A DNA stretch of 63,200 nt, filler included, from Hausera hauseri (lineage: Eukaryota): NCBI GenBank assembly GCA_046269625.1. It is 11 parts of 11 records of this genome, joined end to end, with 100 filler letters (N's around TTAATTAATTAA, not from the genome) between each part and the next. Parts side by side here need not be neighbours in the genome. Positions count along the whole stretch, not along the records: positions 23,692 to 28,983 come from JBJURY010288280.1; positions 29,084 to 33,272 come from JBJURY010711881.1; positions 33,373 to 37,885 come from JBJURY010546453.1; 8 more parts are not named here. One strand, 5' to 3'. Shown here in pieces: positions 24,563 through 37,985 of the stretch. Position numbers and translations under genes: made by a program. The notes beneath the pieces are model-generated. The model made no database searches. It was not told the origin of the DNA and saw only the letters and a program-made list of their open reading frames with translations. Each line of letters begins with the position of its first letter. The first letter of the stretch is position 1.

Positions 24563-25746
24563 TGTTTTTACCAATACATAAACACTTTACTATTTTTTAA
24601 CGTGAGTTCGGGGCGGTTTGGTAACTTGTACCCAGCACCTGTATCGTTTTATAATTTATAAAAATAAGCCTCGATAAATACCTCTTGTCAATGCTATGCC
24701 TCTCGTCTCATAAGATATGCTCAATATCATCGGCCGGTAGTTTAACCTCTAGCAACTTATGTATTTACTTATGATTTACTTTAACCATTATTCTAGGATT
24801 GTTTTCTTCTTTTATCATCGGTTCATATGCAATTGATCAAATATTCAAACTTGTTATCCTTCTATAAGTTAATCCTTACCCTCATCGTTGGGAAGCTCTT
24901 TCAGTTCTTTAGGTAGTTAACCTGTAGGAAATCGTGTCTCGGTCACTCTAATGTCCGCGTTCGATTATATTTTAAGGGTGTATGGCCATTATAGATGGAT
25001 CCACTGCTTTGTTTATCAAATAAATTACCATTGTAACCGTTCACAAACAGTATCTAAATACTTTATGTTTATTATACTCGTAGAACCTTATCAAGTTTAA
25101 TTTATCCGCAAACAGATCTTTAATTATTATTCGTTATTCATAGATTAGTTTTACTTGAAGACGCCACACGCTTTACCTTTATAATGCTATATATATATAT
25201 ATATATATAATAGTTAAAAGGTCGCTTTGTATTAAAGTAATCGGCGTCGAGGGCATACCAACAAACCATCTTAACTTCTCTTCAACACTGCAGACCATCG
25301 TTCGCGAATCGGTTCAGTAACATTAACACGCTAATCAGATCAGTCTTCCAGGTCATCGAATACTTATCGGCACCAGTTCTTTATAGTTCTTTCGACTCTT
25401 TACAGATTTCCGCACGAAGACCAAATATGCATCGAAGCAACAGGTCGCGATCTATTTTGAATCTTTAGAACATCGGTCAACGAACTTTGTCGACGGTCCA
25501 AAGCGTAACTCATCAACATGGGCGTCCCACACACTGTATTCAATCATACTTCTCGTTCGACTCTGTAGTACCCATTGATTCATTAAATTCTTTTCTCGTA
25601 GTATCTTTCTCGCATCGTTGAAAATTGACAATGAGGTCCATCTTGGCTCCATTTAACCCGTTAGACATAAACATCTCTCCGACCCAATAATCACTCTGCC
25701 AACAAGATCTGTCCAATTTGATTCAATAAACATGTATTATGTTACA
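24563..25746 (-). mobile_element. Putative 5' LTR (~1.18 kb) of an AT-rich Gypsy element; decayed internal sequence continues to 23692
   Basis: Minus strand starts TGTAAC and ends ..AAACA, followed by TTTGGTGA (PBS-like). Contains (TA)n at ~25188-25209. No partner LTR in the contig. Confidence 0.5.
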
Positions 25747-26271
25747 AAATATACATGATAGAAATGTAAAAGGCGGAATTTATTTCACTACGATACTTTA
25801 AAAATTAAATTAATCATTACCTAAATTTTCTTCTTCCCGCTGATATTTGCATGATCATTAAGGCAACTGTCAATTGTGATTTGTATATTTTTTGTTAAAC
25901 TGTTTGATCGAGGTTCAAATTCACGCTTTAAATTTAGAATAGTTTCGGACTTATCTTGAATTTCGAATTGTAAGGCATTTATTGACTTTTGTAACATTTC
26001 CTTTTTAAAGACAAAATTCCTCTCCTTAATTTTGAACACGCCTTCCTCTGACTTCAGTTTCCAGTTCAAACAGCAAGTTCTGACTGGTAGAACTCTCCAT
26101 ATAATTTCCGATTACCGCAAAATAAATAAAATAATGATTACGGAATATTTATGCAGGGCAAAACCTTTCAAAAAAAATTTTTTTACAAAATTTTCTCAAC
26201 TATAATTTTTTAAGAACATGATTCAAGTTTTATGATTTTCGTATTAGTTCATTACGAGCCAAAAAGTAGAA

Positions 26272-26460
26272 ATGTTTTTGTGTAGAATGGAGGGAAATTT
26301 AGAGGAATTGTTGAAATTTCACCAGCTATCGTTTCTTGATCTTATAGACATTTTAGCCCAGATTCTCGAAGCAGAAGTGTACATGAATAAGAAATGTATT
26401 TGCAAAAATGTTCCCTATCAAATTTTCCTTTCAAAAATAGTTTGGAAAAATAATTTTTAA
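26272..26460 (+). pseudogene. Possible protein kinase subdomain V-VIa fragment
   Basis: GNLEELLK..LSFLDLIDILAQILEAEVYMNKKCI resembles kinase helix E. No catalytic motifs. Confidence 0.4.
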
Positions 26461-26499
26461 AATAGGAATTTTTTTGGAATATAGTAATTTCCCGTTGTT

Positions 26500-28983
26500 A
26501 AAACGTTTGGACGGAATGGTTGGTTTTGGCTATCTGGGAAACAAAATTCCACGTGCATTCAGATCGAGGTGGAATGTTTTGTCTGCTCGGTAGAGTTTTT
26601 CGCGTCAAAGCTGACAACGAAATGCGAACACAATAGTGTTGTGGCACATGTAAATTCCGTAATGGGACAACGGTTATGGAATGACTTGCTAACCGTGTCA
26701 GATTCGAACCGATGTCTGATTAATTATACAGCGAGTTTGTTTCATACGCCATGGTAGAAAGCATTTTGTGCTCTCGATTATGCATAGAAAACACGTTTTT
26801 TGGTAGTGCTAGAGTGTGTGTCGATTTGGCACGTGATTGAAATTGTTGTACACGTTGCATGGTTTCATGCAGCGCACTCGTTGCCTATTAAAAATGGCAT
26901 GAGTGAATGCCGGTATTGGCACTGTGGGTTCGCTCCCCACCTGTTTTGTTGCAGCGTTTGCGCTGCGTGCGACCAGGCATTTAAGTGAATGGTATCGGGG
27001 TAGGCCGTGTCGATAGGTTTTGTGTTAAGCGCTTGGCGAAGTAATGGCATTACAAAGGGGTTGTGCACGATGCAAATTCGTAGTAAGACAACGGTTCTAA
27101 CCGTGTCAAATTACAAATTGTTGGGTTTATCAGGGAGCTTCTAATGAGTCGCCTGGTTGTGTTTGGCGTGTCCGTCGAGTATAAAAGGCGGTATTAGTGA
27201 GTGTCGATTCGACACTGTGGGTTTGATCCCCACCTGCTTTGATGCGACGTGCATGCTGCATGCAATCGGACATTCGCTGTTTCGTTACGGTAGGACTTCA
27301 GTGAAGTCGGGGTATCTCTGATGACTTTTGGTGCGACTTGATACCGGTGCGGCAGCGGTTTAATTGCGTATCGTTGTTCGTTCCGTTTCCGGAAGTATGG
27401 GCGTTGGGGTAATATTTGTTTCAGTTTGGACCGGGGTTGGGTCATAGGCTACTGTTGTGTCTATATTGAATGGACCAATTTTCTCGTAGTTTTGTCGGAG
27501 TTTGTCTGTTTCTGACATGCTTGGTATGCTTTGTTCTATAGGATCTTCCGTGTGGAATCATGATAGCCGAATGCTGATTTTACGTTCGACAAGTGGACTA
27601 TATGTTTGTCGTTGTCGCGTATTATTTTGGCGTTGTGCTCAGTGATTTCTATAAGCTTGTAGGGGACCATATAATACGGTTCAAAACCGTGTCTTTGTTT
27701 GCTTTTGAGCCAGACAAAGGATGCGTCTTGTAGGTTCTTGGACATGATTGGTTTCTTGTGATTGTTATGCAACGCAGGGTTCGTGTCTATTGACAGGAAA
27801 TGCTTCCGGGCTTGGTTGAGAGCAGGAATTGAAATTACTTCCTCGTTGCTCACCAGATCTTGTGGGAATGTAAGGTGGGCACCAAATAATAGTTGTGCCG
27901 GAGAGGCATCAGTGCTAGTGTTCGGAGTGTTTCTCCATCTTAATAGCACGATGGGTAGTGCATCCAGCCAATTCTTGTTTTTGTGGCATAGGATTCGTAG
28001 AGATGATTTAGTGTACGATGAAATTGTTCGATCAAACCATTCGCTTGCGGATGGTAGGGTGATGTGTGAATATGCTTTAAACCAAGCGATTTGGTTAATT
28101 GCTTAAACATGGCTGACTAGAATTGGGTACCTTGATCTGTTATAATGTTTTTGGGTACTCCAAACCAAGAAATTCATGTATTGAGCAATACAGCCACAAC
28201 GCTTTGCGTTGTTATTTGGCGGATTGGAATGGCTTCAGGCCATTTCGTTTTCCGGTCCAGAATGGTTATGATATACTGATATCCGTTATATTCGGGAAGT
28301 GGTCCTACTATGTCCGTGTGGATGGTTTCAAACCGTAAGCCAGTAGGATAATGTAAGATTGGGGGTTGTCTAGTCTTGTTGACTTTGTATTGTTGGCAAA
28401 ATGAACATTCTTTTGTCCACCGCTTTATATCGTTTAGCATGCGAGGCCAACAAACTGTACTGCTTAATAAGCGAACTCTGGCTTTCAATCCAGGGTGATT
28501 GATGTTGTGAATGGTGTCAAACGCCTGTTTCCGTAGGCTTGCTGTCAGAATTTGGCGTGGACAACAATTGAGGATGGTATTGTAATGTATTCCATCCTTT
28601 GTGTCGACTGTGTTGAAGAATTTAACATCGTCTTCATGTGGGGGGTTCGATCGGAGAACCTCTTCCGTACAAATGGGGTCAAATGATATTGTCGATATCC
28701 CAGTTCTGGAAGAGAAATCAGAAACTGTGTTATCTTTTCCGGTTATGTGTTCTATCTGGAATGAGAATTCCGACAGAAATGAGATGTGTTGTTCTTGACG
28801 AGGGGATGGGTTCTTCATACTCATCATGTAAATGAGTGGTTTGTGATGCGTACGGATTGCGAACACATTTCCTTCGAGGAAATGTCGGAAGTGTTAGACA
28901 CTGAGAATTATGGCTAGTAATTCTCGGTCAAAGGTTGAATAGCGTTGCTCAGCCGAATTGAATTTGTGGGAAAAGAATTCAAT
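26500..28983 (-). mobile_element. CsRn1-like Gypsy 3' half (RNase H, integrase, Cys/His-rich repeated tail)
   Basis: RYSTFDRELLA, HNINHPG..CSFCQ, HTDIVGP, TDQGTQF, YHPQANG, GPY-like MVPYKL. 28600-28983 is nearly identical to 55160-55538. Confidence 0.92.
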
Positions 28984-29083
28984 NNNNNNNNNNNNNNNNN
29001 NNNNNNNNNNNNNNNNNNNNNNNNNNNTTAATTAATTAANNNNNNNNNNNNNNNNNNNNNNNNNNNNNNNNNNNNNNNNNNNN

Positions 29084-30826
29084 CTGGTCAAACAACCCTC
29101 CCAGATTACCTCTTATGCACAAAGAACTAGACAGAGGGGATTTTTCAGGACAACATGGCTGAGCTCAAAGCCCTTAAGGTGAATATGAAAGTGGAGGCCA
29201 CAAACATCAATGTTGGTGGCGAAGAATCCAATAGGGCCTTGAAGACCAAAAATAGAACCATATGGGAAATTACCAATATAGCAGAATGGATGCAAGAGGG
29301 GCACGAGAAGCTGATCCGTGAAGCCGGGGAGAGGCAGGATAAGAATAGCGGATGGAATCTGGCAACCATCAAGAGATTGATTGTGTATGTTCACAAGTAC
29401 TCCTCCATGCGGGGTAGTTCATATATTCAGCTCCCTGATTGGATCGCTAACAAAAAGGCATGTGTCAATGTCCATAATAACGACAACATGTGTTTCATGT
29501 ATGCCATTTTATCAAAACTCGTAACGGATCAAAATCATGCTTCACGAGTTTGGCTATATAAGGATGTGTAGCAGGACTATGACTTTCAATGTATCAAGTT
29601 CCGTCCATCCATAGATAAAGTTAAGAAATTTGGAAAAGTCAACAACATGTCCATCAATATCTTTGTATTGGATGAAGAAGATAAATTCTTTCCCCTGCAG
29701 ATATATGATGCTGAAATGGAAGATCATAGGGATCTGCTCCTACTAGACGATGGAGAAAAGAAACATTATGTTTGGATAAAAGACTTTGAGCGGCTAGTCA
29801 AGTTACAAATTACGAAACATCACGGACAAATAGAAATATGTAAACGATGCTTGTCCCATTTCAATGGCGATGTAGCTGTATTGAAGCTGAAAGATCACAT
29901 GATATACTGCAACAACAATTGTTGTATCAGGCCAGATTTTCCCAAGGAGGATTATATTGAAGTCAAGGAGTTCGAGAAGAAGCTCAAGGTCTTAATAGTT
30001 ACCTATTGCGACTTTGAGGCTATTCTGCGTCCAGTTCAGAGTTGCAGTCCTAATACCGAAGACAGCAGCACAAAAGTATACCAATATCATGAGCTCTCAT
30101 TATATTGCATGTATGCCAAAGACTGGGCAGTGAACCATATCTATTCAGGGGTACAAGCAACTTATTTCATTAAACGACTTGAAGATATGGCTCAGAATTG
30201 GAGATATGCAGCAGCATAAGGAGACAATGAGTACGTCGAAGCAACAAGAAGAATGGCGTAAGGCAACAGCATGTTACTTGTGCTCCAAATCATTCAACAA
30301 GGAGAATCATAAAGTCAGAGATCATTAACATTTTACAGGCAAATATCGGGGCACGGCATGCAACAACTGCAATCTACGCTGCAAAACATATATATGTGCC
30401 TGTAGTGTTGCATAATCTCAGTGGCTATGATTCCCATTTCATTGTTCTGGAACTGGTCAGCATTGAAGGAAACATTGATGTGGTCCTTAATAGTGAGGAA
30501 AAATACATCACATTTACCAAGCATGTTGGGAAAATCAGGCTCCGCTTCATAGACTGTTTCCGTTTTATGTCGTCTTCACTTGGCAATTTAGTGAAGAAAC
30601 TACCTGCAGAAGAACTCAAGGAGACGAAGCGGTTCTTTCCCACTGCATTTGACCTCGTCAAGAGAAAAGGCGCGTTTCCCTGTGACTATGTAACTTCTTT
30701 GGAAACACTGAATGAGACCTCATTGCCGACCAAGAAGGACTTTTACAATATCCTCTTTGATTGCGATATCAATGATGCTGACTACAAGCATGTTCAGAAC
30801 GTCTGGCATGCATTTCAATGCCGAAC
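29084..30826 (+). mobile_element. Polinton/Maverick protein-primed DNA polymerase B pseudogene (N-terminal/exonuclease part)
   Basis: GSSYIQLP..KKACVNV, HYVWIKDFERL, YCDFEAIL (ExoI), endonuclease VII-like CYLC..KVRDH.HFTGKYRG.ACNNCNL, HNLSGYDSHF (ExoII), RKGAFPCDY. Confidence 0.93.
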
Positions 30827-33272
30827 CTAATGTTACTGTCTCAATGTTATGAGCCCTAGACTGGATCCTTCGCATCTCTGATATGATGAGTCTGCTCATG
30901 CAGAACTCTCACATAGTCATTGAAGCCTGTCTTCTTGGCTAAGGTCGCCCTTTGAACCCCTTTAGCTCGATTCTTTACTTGGCCACATACATACATACAT
31001 ACATTTTGGACCTAAGAGCTACAAATCTCAAGATGATTGCTCCATTCACCTCGTCTTTGAATTTCCCAAGGACCTTTTTTTGGCTATTGAATATTTGGGA
31101 TGTTCCTTCGGATAATCCGAGGTATCCATGTTATGTGCCAATTGGGCGAAGTCCTTATAAATATCATCTGTATGGATCTGATAGATGAAACTATCAGTAT
31201 CCATATACATCAGCTGCATGGACTCGAACTTGGGGACCATGATGTCATAGTGGAATTTGTACATCAGGGTCTTTGACAGGTCCAGTATTACTATCCCCAT
31301 ATATATGGGCTTTTTGAATTGCAAGGATGTTTTCAGCATATAGATGCTGACCAAGTTCTTAGCATATATGGTGCTGCTGTGGAAGTTGGGATTGACAATG
31401 AGCTTCTTTGCCCGCTTCCACCCAGAGACCACTTCCATGTTGATCCTGTTGCGGATATTTGCCATGGTCTTGCCAAAAACGCTGATGTTGTACAGCTTAA
31501 ATGGGTCCTTCTCAAAGTGGTTCTTGGCATTTATCCGCAACTTCGTATTGAGATCTATGTAGGGCTGCAGCCAGTTGGACTGACTGAACTGCAGGGTTCT
31601 ATGGATCTCAGTAATGTGGAGTCCATTTCTGACCGCCTGCTGTAGAATTATGTAGTGGACTACATATCTGTCCCTAATATCCAGCTGGCAGAGCAGCTTT
31701 CTATGCTTTTCATGCGGCGGAGGCTTGCTCTCAGGGAGGAAAACAGCTGCTCATGCCTTGTGTGTATAGAAGCCGGATATTCCATATCAACTTCCAGTAT
31801 GCATCCCGTATCTCTAGTGGGATCCAGGTCCAGTATAGGGATATTTTCAGGATACTCAACCCACTTAAAGTTATCATATGGCAGTGGGGAGCTCATTGCC
31901 CATCCATATAAGTTGTTGCCATCCAGGTATGATATATATGAGGATTCCTTGGATGTATCATACTGAGTCATATACTTGTTGTTGGCTTTGCTATACCGAT
32001 GAATGGCTGGCATATTCCTCCTCTAATCCCTCTCTCGATCATAAGGAACATATCATAATCCTTAATAACCTGCAGCCTAATACTAGTATTTGGCAGCATA
32101 GCTGCCCAACTCATCCCTGGCGCCGTAAAGAAATGAGCCGGATCCAATGCATGGCTCTTTATCGTAACATCCCTGAAACTCTCAAAGACATATGTCAGAA
32201 GCAGCACATCCGTCTTGAGGTATATGTCGCTGTATTCTCCTAATGTTCGGCACTGGAATGTATGCCAGACGTTCTGAGCATTCTAATAGTCCTCATCATT
32301 GATATCGCAAGCAGAGAGGATATTGTAAAAGACCTTCTTGGCCCTCAATGAGGTCGCATTTAGTATTTTCCATAAAGTTTTATAGTCATAGGAAAACGCG
32401 CCTTTTTTGACGAGGTCAAATGCAGTGGGAATGAACCGCTTCGTCTCCTTGAGTTCTTCTGCAGGGAGGTTGCTTACTAAACTGTCAAGTGAAGATGACA
32501 CGAAACGGAAACTATCTATGAATCAAAGCCTGATTTTCCCAACATGCTTGGTAAATGTGATGTATTTTTCCTCGTTGTTGGAGATCACATCAATGTTTCC
32601 TTCAATGCTGCCCAGTTACCGAACAATGAAATGGGAATCATAGCCACTGACATTATGGAACACTACAGGCACATATGTACATGTTTCGCAACGTAGATTG
32701 CAGTTGTTGCATGATGCGCCCCGATATTTTCCAGTAAAATGGCAATGATTCCTGACTTTATGATTCGTCTTAGTGTATGATTTGGCGCACAAGTAACATG
32801 CTGTTGCCTTGTTTTATTTTTCTTCTTGCTGCTTCGTCATGCCCATTGTATCATTATGCTGCTTCATATCTGCAATCCTATGAGCCATATCTTCAAGTCG
32901 CTTCATGAAATGAGCTGCTGCGCTTGGACCACTGAATTGATATGGTTCACTGTCCATTCCTTTGGCATACATGCAATATGATAAGAACTCATGATATTGG
33001 TATTCCATTGTGCTGCTATGTTGGGGATTAGGACTGAAACTCCGAACTGGACGCAGAATAGCCTCAAAGTCGCAATAGGTAACTATTGGGACATTGATCT
33101 TCTTCTCGAACTCCTTGAATTCAATGTAATCCTCCTTGGGTAATTCTGGCTTAATGCAATAATTGTTATTGCAGTACATCTTGTGCTCTTTCAGCTTCAA
33201 TACACCTACATAGCTTCTAAAATTGGACAAACATCGTTTACATATTTCTATTTGTCCACGATGTTTTGTCAT
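30827..33272 (-). mobile_element. Polinton/Maverick pPolB pseudogene (exonuclease + polymerase domains)
   Basis: YCDFEAIL, YLKTDVLLL, RGIRGG, YLDGNNLYGWAMS (region A), FKLYNISVFGKTM (B), YMDTDS (C), LGKFKDE, ALRSKMY, RAKGV. Frameshifted. Confidence 0.94.
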
Positions 33273-33372
33273 NNNNNNNNNNNNNNNNNNNNNNNNNNNN
33301 NNNNNNNNNNNNNNNNTTAATTAATTAANNNNNNNNNNNNNNNNNNNNNNNNNNNNNNNNNNNNNNNNNNNN

Positions 33373-33567
33373 GTGAAAGCCTGCAAAAGATTCCGAGGCC
33401 GCCTGGAGGCTGTTATTGCTGCTGATGGGAATTTTTTTGAATGATTCTTGAACATCATCTATAATGAGTAAGTGTTTAAAAAATGATACTAATCCTGTAT
33501 GAAATAAAATAGTTATGGAATATTTTGTGCTTTGCCATTTTAATCCGAAAATAGCGCACGCACCCTG
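33373..33567 (+). mobile_element. 3' end of a Tc1/mariner transposon with right TIR
   Basis: VKACKRFRGRLEAVIAADGNFFE* (33373-33444). Ends ..CACCCTG followed by TA. Confidence 0.85.
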
Positions 33568-33574
33568 TATATAT

Positions 33575-35491
33575 ACCCGAACCGCTCTCATCAATAAATG
33601 AATACATTTCAGCACCAGAAGGATTATTCCTATCAGATTTAGAACCCCTATTCACCTTCGTATCCTATAATTACGTCACCACTCAATCCAATCCGACAAC
33701 TATCAACCAGACCATCATTGACATAACTGTACTAAATTATAAAGGCGAAATTTTACTACAACAACAAATGTATCCCAGACATAAAGTCGTTGACTGGAGA
33801 ACACCTATTACAGGTATAACAGATGATCTCACCCTAAATAAAATCAATAATGAAGACTTCTTACCCCTCATGCAAAATACACTGAAATATAAATTCATTA
33901 TAACAACACAACTCTATCTACTTCTGTGCTCATTGTAACTACCCATTACTCATACCAATGGCTTCTTCGAACGTAGCCATCACCATATCGCTACAAACTT
34001 TCTCACAGATCCAGTACTCATAATTCGTCTAAGTGAACAATTATTACATATTACCACCATTTCTACATATACGTCACCGCTGGTGCAAGCCTACCTACTT
34101 AGACAATTGCATAACCACCTGGAAAACTCATTTTATATTGAAGATACTACTAATCATACAGATCTTAATACCATTGAATTAAATCCCAATTAATTCTGCT
34201 TATTCTCAGATCTTCCATAATGTATAGAATGCCGAGTAATCCTCGATGTAGTGTACCGACTTACACCATTTCTACACATGCTATGTCTGTATTGCATAGA
34301 TTAAGCCCGATCCCAGGCAAATCCAGTGCCATATTGCCCAATCTGTAAATCCGAGATTAAATATTGCATCCAGCACAACGCTTACCCATTCGATGCTCAC
34401 CAATCCCTACTCGACGCTGAAACATTCCCAATCCTAGAACCCACCGATCACATCACATTACTATACTTGGGATGTTTCAACCTCTTTTTCTATTCCGTAT
34501 TTTCAACTTCATACATATTGCTTATGCCGCAAACCCAATAAAATCGCATGTCAGTTTAGTTGTTGTAACGCCGAATATTGCTCCCATTGTTACCAAATGG
34601 AATCCCACCATCAACACTTGATCTGCAGCATATGCTATTTCTGTCCTCAATTCATATATTCCTATTTTTATCACCCTAGAAGAGCCCCCCTCATAGTTAC
34701 TAACACTCCGATTCCTCAGTTACTTCCAACCAGATATTTTCGATTAGAACAACAATCGTCTGACAGAATTGAATTACAAATCCATCGCTTTATCCCGTCC
34801 ACAATAATTAGACCACCACCAATCGTATTCCAAGTACCCTTACCCCATATAAATATTACATTCTTATTGCGTCAACCATCATCAATACCATATCCGCATT
34901 ATGGTCCCGAACAAATTATTAGACCCTTACCTTCATTACTAGTACATACACCTTCAATAACACCAACATAGACTATCTCATAGCCACCACTTCCTTCATC
35001 CTTACAGAAAGATTGGTTCCCAGTTTTAAATAAATGTCCAATCGTCTTTATCTCCAACACAGCCCCACCAGATCTTTCGGCATCATTGTAAAACCTGTTC
35101 TACGATCAACGTCCGACCTATGAGTGCACTATATGCCTTACCGAGCGTATAACTGTGGTCCAATTCTAGTGCAATCATAATTTATGTGCAACCTGCTTCC
35201 ATAAACTTCGATCCCAATTCCTTCAATCGATTGAACAAAGTGACGTGCTCCGATTCCTGCATCTCACGTCCATACTGCCGTCAACCATCAGTTTATTACC
35301 ATTTCTCCTACACTTACGACAAGCGCACCCAACAATTATGCCATTGGATCAACCCAGTGAACGTTACGACATTAAAAATTAAACCCCGAAACCTCAGTTT
35401 CATCGATGTCGGCACCCAGAGTGATGCGGAGGACCAAATCCTTTTCATAGGGGGGATGTTAGGGTTTGTTAATCAACGTATTCATCACTGA
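33575..35491 (+). pseudogene. Accessory region of an LTR element: DEDDh (REX4/ISG20-like) exonuclease-like domain + three RING-like fingers
   Basis: ITVLNYKGEILLQQQMYPRHKVVDWRTPITGITDD (~33720-33830). CIEC..HMLCLYC..CPIC (34221-34350). CLCRK..CCNAEYCSHC..CSIC (~34515-34640). CTIC..CNHNLCATC..PYCRQP (35125-35290). Runs into a PPT. Confidence 0.75.
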
Positions 35492-36674
35492 CCACACCTT
35501 AATTAATCCAAACAGAAAACCAAAAATATCAAACGCAACCAATTCAATTACAGAATATATGATCCTAAACATTAACAATTGATCGTGATCCCAATAAAGA
35601 CTATGACTGTTATATGGTCAATCCAGTATTGTAGACTGACTGTGTATATTATTGTGATAATTAATGGACCTTGTATATATAATTGTCTTGCCTTCTGAAC
35701 TATTGTTGAACCATTTATGGGTGTCCCCACCACTCCTGTTTCATGTATGAACGTTGTTAACCAAAGCGGTTAAATAATAATTAATAAACTTAGAAACTTA
35801 AATTTTAAACTCTAATCAATAAATTCAACAATATAAACCCTAAAACCTATCAATATCTAACAAATGGAAAAGAATACTAACTGAATAAATGTTATTCCAA
35901 CGACCAAAACTAAATCCAATCCTTAATTGGAAGTAACAAATATAATCTATTAAGATACCACATTGCCAGTAAATTAGTCTTAGAAGTAGTAGTTTCTCAC
36001 CTAACTAAAGTCAAACGAAATTAATTTTTTTCTCCTTTACGAAGACCCGAAACGTGGCAACCGGCATAGTGTTTATCTAAACCGCCAGCAAGAACATACC
36101 CATAAGAAACTCTCAAAATTGGTTAGTAAAAATAAATAATAGAAACAAAAACCCGAGCTTCATAATTAAGTAATTCGATAATAAAAATCCATAGAAATAA
36201 ACACAAGTATAAATACCAAGTGAAAAACAAACACAGACACAGAAATTTTCTACTACGCTACCACTACACAAGTAATTCGGTTTTAGAATTAGTGGGTTAT
36301 TTCAGTCGTTCATAGATAAGACATATACGCTAATAGGAGACAAACGATCAGATCCAGAACTTGCAAACCTCTGCACGAATTAGCGTTAAAGTAATTAATC
36401 TTCTCTCAATTAATTAAAATGTTGCGAAGATGGCCCATCAACAGGAGAGTTCCCAGGAGCAATTGGAGAGTGAATCAGTTGGTGAGTAAAGAGCTATTGT
36501 TTTAACACAACCAAAATATATACATAAACTTGTTTACATAAATACTGTTATTATTATTATTAAGATACTAATACCGCTGATTTATTGTATTTATTTTGTA
36601 ATAAATATTAAATAAAAAATTTTAACTGAGGAAGAGTGAAGTGTTTTTGGTTAAAGGGCAATTCGATCGTTACA
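35457..36674 (+). mobile_element. 3' LTR preceded by PPT (AGGGGGGA, 35449-35456)
   Basis: PPT followed by TGTTAG. TATA-like TATAAATA ~36209, AATAAA ~36611, ends GTTACA. An alternative end is CTAACA at 35862. Confidence 0.6.
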
Positions 36675-37985
36675 CTTACCTGATAATATCTTGTACTATT
36701 AATGCTGAAAACGTCAATCATCAAGAGAGACAAGCTAAGTCCACATGTCAGGAATTCATTACTTCGCTGATATCAACGGGAGAAGTAAATACAGTCGAAT
36801 AATTATGGTCATGAAGGAACCACTAAAAAGTGACGATGATGATCAAAAGGCCAGAATTATCCCGATGTCTATTGGTTGTAATTACCTGTCGACCAGAGAT
36901 GCAGCCATCAATGCAATGGATATAATGTTGCGAGGGAGTGGTGTAAACAACAATGCTACGATTATCGTCACGGCTAACGTTCCCTAAGTGTCACAATCTT
37001 GTCATAGATTTTCTGATTAAAGGCGAATTGCCATTAATTAGAATTATGATATGTAGAAATCGAAGGAAAGCTCGGATGATAACACTAAAGTACCCAAGTG
37101 AACAAAGGAGAGATTTATACGGAAGTAAAAGCGAATCCAAGGCAACATATTCGCGGGATCAAATTTGATGAAAGCCGTCATTCGATGGTTGTTGATAATA
37201 GTTCGCCAAAAATGTTACGCCAGAATTGATGTAATGTGCAATGATTCATTGAAACGCCTTGTCTTGCACGTGGTGATAGTTGATAAGTTTGTCATTGAAA
37301 ACCAAATTGATAAAATTGCATTAAACGTTAAAATTGATGAATGAAGTACATGCATTGTCGTCATGGGCCAAATGACCAAGGAACTAATTGTTACCTGAAT
37401 GAAATTGCCTCCAGTACATTATGGATATGAAGACTAATTACTATGCATGGGCAGGACAGCATCAAACAACTGGCTAGTCACCTTGATCCTAAGGAGTCAT
37501 AATCTGCACTGGAGGCTACGTAAATCAGGATAGAGATACTCTCGCTGTCTTGTGATTAGTCACAAGAGATATACATAGGTATAGGTAAATACATAACCAT
37601 GAAACAACGCGTTAGCCCGAAAACAAATGACATTTTACAGGGAATCCCGCTACTGAAATTGTTTAAAGTTAGTCGAATTAGAATCAAATGATATTGAAAT
37701 CATTATTTAACTCATTAATTCTATGAATTCCTACCGTTATTAAGATGGGTATTTCCCTAGAATTAATAAAGCTTTAGACGAAGGTTACTTAGGTAGCTGG
37801 ACCGTTACCGACTTCATCCTTCAGACCATATGACTTTTTCTTTTATATGTTGGTGTATTCAGATGGAGACCCAAATATCATTAACNNNNNNNNNNNNNNN
37901 NNNNNNNNNNNNNNNNNNNNNNNNNNNNNTTAATTAATTAANNNNNNNNNNNNNNNNNNNNNNNNNNNNNNNNNNNNNNNNNNNN

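Noticed and set aside
36745-37885. Very decayed gag/pol-like sequence
   Set aside because: No diagnostic motif could be read with confidence.
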